Positions 13,570-25,150 of a stretch of DNA of 64,000 nucleotides are shown piece by piece (position 1 is the stretch's first letter; every line of letters starts with the position of its first letter). Origin of the DNA: Takakia lepidozioides (taxonomy: Eukaryota; Plantae; Bryophyta); the NCBI GenBank assembly GCA_030704615.1, contig CM060732.1:26040001-26104000 (forward strand), in the 5' to 3' direction. A program made the position numbers and the translations under genes. Below the pieces are notes generated by a model. That model was given only the letters and a program-made list of their open reading frames with translations, did not search any database and was not told the origin of the DNA.

Positions 13570-14541
13570 ACCTACGATTCATGCAATGGCTGTGCTCCCC
13601 CAAAGACATGCCAGCGGAACGTGTCTGGTGCAGGGGGATCAATGCACACATGGGATCTGTGTCACACGGGGGTATGGCGGCGGACAGGGGATCAAGGTCG
13701 AGCAGCTTGGCCAGCCCCCTTGAGTGTCCCAAGTCGTGTTCCACAAGTTCGGACAATAAACCCTTGGTACATGTGGCCGACCCGCAACATCTGAACACCT
13801 TCATTGGTGCTTGCATAGGTTCCTTCCATGGCGTTAGGGCAGTCAAAAAGGCCCCAACTCGTATGCTGGATTACATATAGGGTATACAGTGCCTGCAAAA
13901 GACATGTTTTTTTACTTCACAGGATCCCCCGGGTGCTCGGCAAGTCCACGTTGGATTCAGGTATCTGCCAACCATCCACACTGGGGTGGAACGAAAGGTT
14001 CCATCATAGAGTTTGCGAGAGGAAAACGGCAGGGGCAAGGGAAAAAGGGAACAGTAATGTGGAGGAGGCGAAGGGGGAGGAGGGATTAGGGAACCCCCCC
14101 CTTTCAGGGGAAAAGGCCCAAACACAAGACAAAACAAAAACAACTTTGAATGCAAAAAATGTGGCAGGGAACGCACTAAAAACCCAAAAAAAATTGGAAT
14201 GCAAAACTAAAAAACAAAAAACACAAAAATGCTTAAGACACCAACAAAAAAATGTAAAACAAATTCTTCATTCATTGAAATCACAAAACCTGTAAAAAAA
14301 AGGAAACAACTTGAACAAAAGAAAAAAAAAAAAAAAAACATTTCAAATCAAGGAAATAAGCAACAATGGGAGCCCGAAAGCAAAAACAACTCGTCAAAAC
14401 AACACAAACAAAGGGCATGCAAAAAAAAAAAAGATGGCAAAAAAGAAAACTTTGGATCTCTCAAAAAAAACACAAAAAAAAAAAAAAAAAACCTTGACCC
14501 AAAAACTGACCAAAACAAACAATTCCATAACCTGAAAAAAA

Positions 14542-14578
<37 letters not shown>

Positions 14579-17500
14579 CCGAGGCCTAAAAACAAAATCA
14601 AAATGCCAAACCGGTAAAAAAAAAAAAAAAAAATGATGTCAAAAAAATCACGGAATGCAAAACAAAAAAAAACAAAAACTCAATCTCCTCCTTGAAAAAA
14701 AAAAAAATCATTCCTCAAACCAAAGGCGGTGGGGGGGGGGCTGGTGGGGAAATTGCCGGGAACTGTGTCTGGGAGGGGGGGGGTGGGGTGGGTCTGTGGG
14801 GGGGTGGGGGTGCGGGGGGGGGGGTCAAGTGTGCGCAGGGGGCCACCCCAGGGGGGGGGCAAGGGTGGTGTTGGTAGTCTGGAATGTGGGTCACCTACAG
14901 GGTGGTGCTGGGGGGGCTTGGGGGGCGGGGCGTGTGTTGATTACATTTATTGTGTTTTTTGCTTTGACATGTTTTTTGTGGGATTGGTTTCCCCCGTGTG
15001 CTCGGGTTTCACGTTTTTTTTTGTTTTGCCCCCCCCCCATTTTTGTTTTTGTAAAAAAAAAAAAAGGGGACAACGAAATGAACAAAACAGGCTACAAAAT
15101 GAAGCCAACCAATCTAGTCGACGCCCGTCCATTTTCTATCTTGTTTGGGACAAGCGCCTCTTCAGGTTCGCATGGTACGCTTCAATTCAGCATTCGTATC
15201 TTGTCTGGCATGTGGGATATTTCGAGCTCCAACAACCCACATGTCCACTTTCGGATCCACCATTTGTGGATATACAAGAAGAACAGTTTAGCTGCGGGAT
15301 ACTTTGTTTGTAACTCATACAATCTAACACAGCCCAGGGCCTACGAAGAGTCACCAATGGGACCACCTTTATTGTACATGATGTCACCATACCTTGCAAG
15401 ACATCGGCCTTAACTGGGCATCCTTGATCTTCTCGATGGCATTCCTCAAACCAGGCCCTTCGAACATGCCAAGTCACAGGAAAACCGGCACCCTTGGGAC
15501 GTATGCCTGAACCATCACAAAACGGCATTAGCAAGGGCCACTACAACACCCAAACAGGACACCACAAAATCAGATACAAGTATGAATCTCGATAAGTGCT
15601 CCCTGCTCATGATCCCCTGATCCCCTTTAACTGAACCCCTGATCCCCTGATCCCTTTTGACTGAAACCCCTCAGGCAGATCGGTGAAGGCAATGAAAGGG
15701 GAATACATGAGCCCTCCTATGGCCAATGAAAGGCCGATAAAAATCACATTGTCGATCAAACATGTGCTGGTCCTGATCCCCTGGTACCTTGAATGGCCGA
15801 AGTCCCTGACACTGATCCCATAATTGATCCCTTTCAATGATCCCCCCATGCACCTGGACTCCTGGACCTCGATCATTGGCGGATGTGAGATCTGCTGCTC
15901 CTGATCCCTGCTACCCTCCCCTGGTCCCTGGTCCCTGATCCCATAATCGATCCCCTTTCACTGATCCCCCATGCACCCTACACTCTTGGTCCCCTCTACA
16001 CGGATCCCCCGGCAGGAAACATTGTGACTGTTCCCCTCTCAGTGCTCCCCTCATGCAGAAGCAGGCAAGGCAATGGAAGTTCTTGGTAGGGGGGGGGATT
16101 GAGAACAAACCGAATGGCGTTAATCTCAGCATCGGCATCGTCCACAATGAATGTGTTGGGACGCCAATCGGCTGATCGGCTGGAGCCTTTGACGAAGAGC
16201 CAACATCCAACTGACAAATCGTTGCATTGTTTCTTGAAGATATTATGTATGCAACATGGATGCCGTTCAGCCAAAGTCGAAGACCATAAGAGATACATGG
16301 CATACTGCACACAAAGACGAAAATGTGCAATGTAAGTACTTTGTTTGAAAAATAGGCGAAACATTTTACTGAAATTAATGACAAGAAATCACAGGAGGTG
16401 AACCCGAACCCTGCAACCCCTTTGGTCTCATTTTAGTATTATGTGATCCCCCCTGTGGGCTATGCCATGATCCCTGGAAGAGACCATCCCTCCATCATTC
16501 CTCTCTATAACCCCCAAGGCACGCATTTGCTAAACTGTCTTCCCTCCTGCCTGCGCACCCCTCACTACGAATCACACAAGTACACGTCATGGTCCCAAAA
16601 TGGTCCAAACATATACAGAGCAGTATACATAATGGAGTTTGGCCTATGTATCTAGTCCCCTAATGGGCTGAGGCAGCCGTGGTGTCGAATCCGATAGGGG
16701 GATTAATAGATCACTGGTGATGAGCCAATGTCGTGATCCCCTGCACATCGGATAAGGCTATGGTCCCCCTGTGCCCCTGTCCATTCGTTCCGAAGGTCGC
16801 ATCACAAGAGACGATACGTTTGTCACCCATTTGGAGCATTTTTTTTTTGAAATTCTGTTTGAATGCCAATGGCAAATTTGAGGTCGACATTGCCGCACCG
16901 TGTTCCTCCAGTAGGGGCATCGGGCGTGTCCTCTTGATAGAAGAAAACACTCTAGGGCTGGGCCTCCTTCCACATCTTCAGACTGGTCCTCTCGTCCTTA
17001 TGTCGCTTGAAAGTCTCACATGCCAGCTTGTCCATGATGTTTCTAATGTCATGCTCAAGCACAACATCATCACAACACCACTTCTCTCTATTGACCTTGC
17101 TGTCAAATACATGTTATTCATGTTGGGCCATGATTTTAGCAGGCGACAACCCAGCACGTATGCTATCCGTTATCCACATCTTAACCTCTTCACTAAGGTG
17201 AGGTGCGTGCGCGAAACGGGTGTTACTTGAAGTCGGGTCAATGTGGCCATGGCAGACCTTGTCACATCCATCAACATGGTTTTTGTTGTAGTATGTTATG
17301 ACAGCAAGAGAAGGATCCAGGTAGCATTATCCAATCCTAAACTGACAGAGGCAACCCCTCTTGATGGACTCTCCCTGAACGACTTTCTTCCGTCTCGGCC
17401 CTTTGTGGTTGTTGTAAGAAGGCGATGAAACATCCAACACACACCCTCTCCTGCCGTTCCTTCTCTTCAAAGAATGTTTATTGACAGGTATTGCATTTGT

Positions 17501-17900
17501 GCGTTTGTCCTCAGGTCCATAAGAACAATGGAACCTGAACAATGATGAGAACTATGTCGGCGGAGTGGAATACTCGGAGCAAGAGAGCATAGCATTTTGA
17601 CAAATAGAAGAGCAAACAATGCAAACAAACAACATGCCATTACAAAGAACACATAGAGACCATCCAGAAACCACAAAGGTGAAGGTGGACTTTATGACAA
17701 GAGAGCAACTATTGGCCCTTGGAGCTAAGAGCTCGCCCTCCTCATGCTTTCCCTTTTTAGGCACCGTTCTGTTGAAGTGAGTGGGCGCCTCTGCCCTTTG
17801 TTCTCCCCCTCTCACAAAATCGTCGATCCTGCTCCAAGGAATGACCGCAAAATCCGTATATACACGATGTCCACCTCCACTTGAAATAGTTGGAGTCCAT
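13570..17900 (-). pseudogene. Decayed Mutator-like (MULE) transposase with C-terminal SWIM finger, multi-exon
   Basis: In order on the - strand: IPWSRIDDFVRG; HCSYGPED; ESIKRGCLCQF; IVSCDATFGTN; DWRPNTFIVDDADAEINAIR; TWHVRRAW; NIPHARQDTNA..EAYHANLK..RRLDWL; SWIM remnant DCPNAMEG/NLCKHQ (about 13850-13805). Many stops and frameshifts. Confidence 0.8.
14020..15075. other. Low-quality homopolymer-rich segment, probable sequencing or assembly artefact
   Basis: Long A then G/T runs; 14030-14480 is a noisy copy of about 12770-13310. Confidence 0.7.
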
Positions 17901-18279
17901 ATAAGCGACCTGTGGTTGAAGGAACCATCCGGGGGATTTGCAACATGCCACGCAGTTGTGATAGAAGGAATGACGTGCGCAACTCCGAAGATCCAGTCAT
18001 GATGCCCGGCACCCCTGCAGGAACAGTACACATCCGCAGACTACACGCGTCATGCAGAAACAGTACACAGCAGCAAACTACACGCGCAAGTGCAGCATAC
18101 GCGCGCGCAAAGAGGATCAAATCGCCAAAAATCCTAAATTTCAATACATCCACTGCGTTCATCTCACAGACCAAAATGGCGGGGATGTGCATGGCCGTTG
18201 GATGGGGGAGGACGACATAGATGAACAGAATGATAGCCACGTGCAAACAGCCCTGCCATTTGACATGTGGAAAGGGATC

Positions 18280-19900
18280 GCTCCTGGGGGGGGGGGGGGC
18301 GGAAGGATGGGGGATCACTCCAGGTGGTGTGGGGGATCAACGGGAGAGGGGGACCGCCATGGGGGGGAACGATCACCTTTTCCACCATTGACGCGCGGCG
18401 GGGGGGGGGGGGGGGGGGGGGGGGGTGTCAAGGGTGGGAAGACACGCGGCATGGCGGCGGCGGGGGGGGATCAACCAGAGGCGGGGGGAGCGGTGGCTCG
18501 GGGGATCGGGTCTTGATGGGACGAGGGGATCGATGGCTACGGAGACCGCCACGTGGTGGTGGTAGAAGACGAGAGGGGGATCAATTCCGGGTTTGGACGG
18601 GGGATCAACCGAGGCGGGGGGTCGCGGCTCGAGGGATCGCCACGTGGATGGGGGACGGGATCGAATGCCGGGGGACTGCGGATGACCCAGTTTGAGGTTG
18701 GATGGATGCGAGGGGATCCTCGGTTCAGGGGAGCACCACGTGGCGGCCGTTGGCTGGAGGGGGATCAGTGACCGCATGGACGGGGGATCAAACGAGGGGG
18801 GGGGGGGGGGGGGCGGCGATGGCCCGGGGGATCGCGGCTCCGATGGGATGAGGGGATCGACGGCGGGGGGAGCGCCACGTGGCGGTGGGCGTGCCATGGG
18901 GTCTTCATCCGGCCGTCGTCCATCCATTGCGCGGGAGGATGGCGGGGGGATGAGGGGCGGATGACCAGAACATCCATTGTTTTGAGGTTGGATGGATGAG
19001 CAGGGGATCTACGGTTCGGCGGGGAGCAGCACGTGGCGGGCGATTAGGGGTGGGGATCACTCCGGCCGGGTCAGAGTGGGGATCAAGCCAGGTCGGGGGG
19101 AATGCGCCGTGGATGGGAAGAGGGGATCGGCGGCGGGGGAGCGCCATGTGCCGTCCGATGGGTGGAGGGGGATCAGTCACCGCATTGGACGGGGGGATCA
19201 ACCGAGGGAGGGGGGGGGGGGGGCGGCGACGTGTCGGGGGGATCGGGCCGTCGATGGGAAAGATGGGATCGACGGCGGGGGAGCGGCACGTGGCTTGTCA
19301 GTGTCATCGGGCCTTCATCCGGCCGTCGTCCATCCCTTACGCGGGAGGATGGCGGGGGATGAGGGGCGGATGACACACAACATCTATTGTTTGTGAGGTC
19401 GGATGGATGCGCAGGGGATCGACGGTCCGGGGGATCCGCACGTGGCGGGCGATTAAGGTTGGGGGATCACTCCCGGTCCGGAAGGGGATCAAGGCGCGTG
19501 GGGGGAGCGGCGACGTCTCGGGGGGGAGCGCGCCGTGGATGGGATCGACGGTGGCGGGAGCGCCACGTGGCAATGGGCGCGTCATGGGCCTTCATCCGGC
19601 CGTCATCCATTCAATTGAGGTTGGATGGATGGGGAGGGAATCGACGGTTCGGGTAGCGCCACGTGGCTGGAGATGGGGGTGGGTCACTCCGGCACTGGAA
19701 GGCAGTGAGGGGATCCACAGGGGGGGGGGGGGCCGCCACGTGGCTGGAGATCGGGGCGGTGCTGTGGGGCGCCGCGCGGCCAGCGGTTGGGGGGGGTCAG
19801 GGTCCGGGTGGGGGCGGGCGCAGGGGGGTAGGGGGGCGCGGCGAGCAGGGGGCGGGGGTGGGGCAACGGGCGGAGGGTCGGAGGGGGGTGGGGGGATGAT
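18280..19900. repeat. Very G-rich complex tandem repeat with GGGGATC and CACGTGG motifs
   Basis: Block 18905-19000 recurs at 19315-19410; (T)GAGGT(T/C)GGATGGATG at about 18693, 18983, 19394, 19616; about 10 CACGTG sites. Confidence 0.8.
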
Positions 19901-20499
19901 GACATAGGGCGTCCAGCTCGCAGTCGTCTCTCACAACAAACGCCATAGCCGCAGCCCGACGAGGCTGCTGGAGCGGGGTTCCCGGCTGTACCTCGCGGGC
20001 CGTACCCCTCAGCTCACACGCTTGCAATAAAATCAAGCCACATCCATATTGGGACCGCTGAGAAACTAGGGTACTCTCTTCTTAACCCAGCTAGATCATT
20101 TTTGTCAAAATGGTGCAGCAAATAGGGTCACCACCACACACAAAGCAACTGGGACAAAATATGGAAAGAAGTATGGAGAAAGGATCGGGCAGCCAAAATA
20201 TCAGGATTTCTTTGGAAACTAGCCAAGTTCTGCCTGTCAGATAGAGAACGCATGAAGACCAACCACAATGTACTCTTTGCAATTAAAAAACGGAGTCCAT
20301 TGAACATTCATTGCTGTTCTGCAATATGTCAACAAGGATCTGGAGGATGGTGCTTGGCTTCTACTCCCATTGGGGATCTTTTCCATCTCTACCTTCTCCC
20401 CTCCTTCTGCTTCTCAATTTCTTGCCTGGCCATGCTCAAAGTAACTGCCCTATCTGGGCACCTTTGAGAGCACATACTCTATGAAATTTATGGAAAGCC

Positions 20500-21220
20500 A
20501 GATGTGTTTGGGCTTATGAGGGTAAGCCCCGGCCCCCAGGGGCACTAGATGAGGACTAGATGATCTGTTTTGTTCAACACTTACCATGATCTGCTGACTG
20601 AGGGGAGGAAAACATGGGATCATGGATGTGGTTTGTGCAGCTATTTTCCCAGAACTTCAGAGCAACGGGGGAGGAAGCTATTACAGGATTTCCAGCAGTC
20701 CTGGGGCAAAGGCGACCTGCTCGGACCCTACACTGCCGACATGCATTTTGCTTGGAAAAACTCCATCCCCGGCCCTCATTGGGAAGTCACCTGGTGAAGG
20801 GGAAGAAGCAGAATCAACTGGCGCCACAAGAAAGCTCGAGACACGAAACTTAGAACTCAGCTGACGTTCTGATACCTGCAGCTCCTCTGTTGGTGCCTCC
20901 GCCGCTACCTTGGCCCTTCCAACCTCGCAGATAGTGATTTGCCTATCTGCATTATCTTCGCTGCAGCTCGGATCCCTCGTATCCTACTCACTTTAGAAAC
21001 CCACTATGCTTTTTATGCTCTCCGATGCTCACATCTCTCATTTGTTCTAGCATGCAACACGAGAATCCCTCTCTACCTTCATTAGCTAGATTGCTTAGGA
21101 TTCTGGGAAGTTCCCCCTCAGAAGCCTTCACGGCCCTGGCAGTGGTCACTGATGTGACTCTTTATTTTTATTAATTTGATTAACAGGGCTTCCATCCCCT
21201 TTTATTTAAAAAAAAAAAAA
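20500..21220 (+). mobile_element. 5'-truncated L1-type LINE (ORF2 C-terminus, 3' UTR, poly(A)), same family as the 37.5-42.8 kb copy
   Basis: DLLTEGRKTWD..PRTSEQRGRKLLQDF..SWGKG..WEVTW matches ORF 38007-38492; shared 3' motif TTAATTTGA.TAA.AGGGC; A-tail 21208-21221. Confidence 0.9.
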
Positions 21221-22094
21221 ACCAAGGCAGGCAAGAATTTTTTTGTGGACTTCAAAGGGATGACACGCGTGCAGAGAACAGCAAAGTATGTACTACAATG
21301 CTAATTTAGTAAGTCTTTTCCCCAACCCTAAACCATTAAACTTTCTTGTCTTTAAACGCTAAGTGATTTTTTTGATACTTGAGTTGACAGCTTGTGGGCA
21401 ATGATGATTCATGGGAGGGGAGCTGATCTGATGCCAAGTAGGACCCTCTCTGCGGTCCTGCAAGCAAGGAGTTTTTAAGAGTGATCTGGTTCCTGGTGCC
21501 TAGAAAGGGAGTGAGAAGCACTAAGCTACTTTCATAAGTGTTCATTGAAACTTTTTGACAGGTCTGGCTGGTTGCATCACATATGTGCTGCTCCTGGATC
21601 TCTCTGCTAGTCCTAGAACTTTCCATTGGAAAAAACAAGAAAACACTTTCAGAGCTTAAGAAAAGAAAACATATCCTCTGCTGTCATGAAAACACTCTTT
21701 GACGCTTCGAACATTTGTGCAGGGCTCATAACCTGTTAAGAAATCTGAAAGAGGACAATACTAGAATAGCAAAGGACAACGATCCAGGTATACAAGCTGC
21801 AAACACACACAGTTCTTACACAATGCTATGAGTTCTCTTCGTCTGTCAAACGTACAAAGAAAGTCTGAACACGAACTCCGGCCTGTACAGTAAGCCTAAA
21901 TACAAACGTAAACGTCGATAGCGCGCTGGCAGGAAGATGACGGATGCAAAATGATAGCCACATGTGGTGTCACTATCCACTCCAGCCTGGAAGAAGTCAG
22001 TAAAATCTAAAAACATAACTACAAACTCAACAACCACAAGCCACTGCATATGCCAGTCCATGATTTACTTGGACCTTTTTCTTTTCTTTCTGTT

Positions 22095-22755
22095 AGCTTC
22101 CTTGGTGTTGAGGTAGAAGCTGCAAAAGCCCATGATTTGGCTGCTTTGAAGCTGGGTTTCCATCGCCTACAGAAATCCTACCAGATAAATCTCCCCGTGC
22201 GTCACGCTTGCTTCGGCTCAATTTCTTTTATTTTCTTTTTCCCGTTTGCAATATTCCCTTTGTCTAATCATAAATCTAGCTGGGAGACCTTGACCAAATT
22301 TTGACATAATTCGATACTTACCTGTAAGCAGATACAAGTATACGAGAAGCAGTTAAGCGAGTTGGACGACATCAACACACTTCAGGACTTAGTGTGGTCC
22401 CTGCGGAGGTAAGTAACTCTGGCTGGAACTTGTAGCTTCAGCATTAATGAACAAGCTGTTCAATGTTGAACAGTCTCACTAACGGATCTAGGTTGACGGG
22501 ATTGACAGGAAAGCAACCAAAGGTGCCCTACAAATCAAAACTTCGTCCAAGTACAGAGGCGTTACCAAGTTAGTGATCATGAGATCCTAACACCTAACTT
22601 CATACTACATCATTTGCCTCCAGCTACATGTTTAGGATTCTGATTATTTAAAGAGATGTTCTATATTGGCAGGCTGAAGAACCGAGAGAAACGGGAATCG
22701 AAGATGAGTTATCACAACTCATCCGGACGCAAAGTGGATAAGAATTTTGGAACCT
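22095..22755 (+). pseudogene. Double-AP2 gene B, internal exons (second half of R1, linker, first half of R2)
   Basis: EAAKAHDLAALKLG..QINLP|gt; ag|IQVYEKQLSELDD..LVWSLRR|gt; SSKYRGVTK; LKNREK..KNFGT. Confidence 0.7.
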
Positions 22756-23229
22756 AACAGTACAGATCAGAAAGTGACTGACAGCTCAAAATCAAGCCAT
22801 ATACACCCTACAATCCTGTATATATTATGCAAGAGATCTTAGTATTTACTGACTAATGTGAGACACTGAATGGTTGTGTGCAAGACTTGTTTGCTACTGC
22901 ACATGATCCACATGTGCAGTTAATGAGGTCTATGTTTAAAGGTTGTAAGGACCCTCTCACCAAGATACTCTGTCGGCAGGCAATGCGACGTGGAATGCTT
23001 GTCAGGTTGTCACCACATTGCAAAAACCAAAACACAGTTCAGATGCATCAAATCGTTGAGAAACAATATGCATTGATAAGCATTCTCTAAGCATCGTTTA
23101 AAAGGAAGAACCATTAATACAAGCACCAATTGGAGAATAGGGCGTACCCGCTGTTCGTTCAAAATATATACATATTCAACAACATTTGGGAAATTAAAAC
23201 AAATCACAATGCTTATTTCATCTGGGGTT

Positions 23230-23834
23230 ACCTTGATGGCTCTCCTGGCCAGGGACAAACCCTTCCGGGATGTGAATATGAGCCTCAAAGAGCTTTGAGG
23301 TTTTGTGCTGTGTCACACCATGATACTGTGATGTTTTCGTTTTTGCACACGTTTTTGAGCGCGACCTTCTTGCGCGAGGTTTGGGTGCTGTATCTGAGAG
23401 TTGCCACATTATCGCTTGAGACATATGGTCAATAAACAAGTACTACAGTAACCTGATTCCGCAATGCCTGAAGGGAATAATACTGAACATGCATACAGCT
23501 CTAGATCCAATCGTGCATGAATGTCATTAATCAAAAGGTACCACAGTAACCTGATTCCTTGAGCAAAAGAATAATACTGAACCTACAGAGGTCTCACGGG
23601 GAGAACACTCAGAGTAAACTGACCTAGTAGGCTGCAGCTGCCATTATCGGCCTGGCCTCCCAGTGTCTCCAGTACTGTTGGGCCAGTGTCTCCTGACTCC
23701 AATCTGCAGAAAACTACTGGCATGTTCAAAACAGGACTCTGGACAAAAACCAGATCGTCTTCGGCCGCCGGGAGATCATTGAGACAATATTCACTGTCCA
23801 TCATGTACTCTTCGGCCAACGTGCCGACTTCCAT
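23230..23834 (-). pseudogene. Double-AP2 gene B, 5' part including the first half of AP2-R1
   Basis: TSQYHGVTQHKTSKLFEAHI..HQG|gtaa at about 23340-23232; acidic upstream ORF 23834-23583. Confidence 0.6.
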
Positions 23835-24859
23835 CTGTAGAAAGAGACTATACCTCTAGCTAAACTCCTTAAAGATCAGCTGGCCCTGTGAACTCTCTCA
23901 ACTGGCCAGCCAGCAATAGGCTTGAACCATGATCTGTAGAAATCAGAGACTACACAACCCTGGTGCGGATTAATGTATTGAGACCTGGTTGCAGGCCATA
24001 CCGCGCCGTGAGTTCACTTGACAAACTAGAGTAACCGCCCCACCATTCCGAAGGGCTGAATACCATGATATTTTTGCGCTCTTAATGACCTTGCCCTCTC
24101 TTGGAAACTGGTGTTGTCTTATTAGCACAATCTTCCAACAAAAGCAACTTCGCATCCATCAGGACTTCTCCAAAGACTATGGACCGCAGAGAGATTGAGG
24201 TTGTGAAATCCTAGTACCAGGCTTACCGGGCAGTCTGGTTGAATCCAAGTGCTCGCTAACCCACATGATGTTCCGATTTCGTCAGCTAATTATTGACATG
24301 CTGAGGAAGCGAAAGGGTTGCCTCGACCATATTACGTCTTCATTCTTAGAAATGAAGCAGATACGTCACGTCCTGCCCCAGACCCACCAATATAAAGTTG
24401 ATCTGGGCTCCTGGTGTCCCCGTACAGCTCATAATCTGGAACCCCTGCAATCACTTTCCCTACAAGGAATGCTTGGGGCTAGAAATAAAATTACTCCATC
24501 ACAGCTTATAATGTTAAGTCGTTCGGAATATATGCATGTGTTTTAGATCTTCAAACCTGAGACCATCTCCTGCTTACAATCATTCTAACAAGGTGTGCGT
24601 CTCCCACTTCTTTGAGCATCACTGCCACAAAATATGGGAGCGGGTGGAAATTAATATACTTCCAAATTACTTATAGGACCGCACTTGAGAGATGCAGATG
24701 TCGTCAGAGACGAGATCTTATGGACACGTCCGGAAAACCCGGAAACCAGCCAATCTTACATCAAAACTGCGTTTCTATCGCGGGAGACATTCTTGGTGAT
24801 GAAAGAAATCTCATGTGTATCTGCCCAATTTATTCCTGTCTACAGCTCTATCTCCCTCT

Positions 24860-25150
24860 CTCTTCTAATTAGGGCATTTTGGAGGTTTAGGATGGGCTCC
24901 CACAGTCTGTGGATAGAGACGTCTGGCCGTAGCTGGCGGCATGGGACAACCTGCACCGAGAGCCTGTTGCCCGCTTAGTGCGCTGGAAACCTCCTGGAAA
25001 TCGAAATTGAAGATCATTTCTTCTTTTTCTACGTACTATGAGATCTATGCAGGGAGATTACCCTGTCTATTCCAAGATAGAAAATATCGCACGAGTACAA
25101 AGGTCTTCCATCACGAGGAACCGAAATGTTTAGCTACCGCATGATATCTG
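24860..25150 (+). mobile_element. Non-LTR retrotransposon 3' fragment (post-RT Cys/His region)
   Basis: RFRMGSHSLWIET.GR...EDHF...YY motif; a related end (VFH.E..KCLA) lies on the - strand at about 34710-34830. Confidence 0.55.

Noticed and set aside
14229-15413. Lys-rich and Gly-rich ORFs of 135-252 aa
   Set aside because: They are translations of homopolymer runs in a probable artefact segment
18052-19907. Many Gly/Arg/Pro-rich ORFs on both strands
   Set aside because: By-products of a GC-rich repeat lacking stop codons
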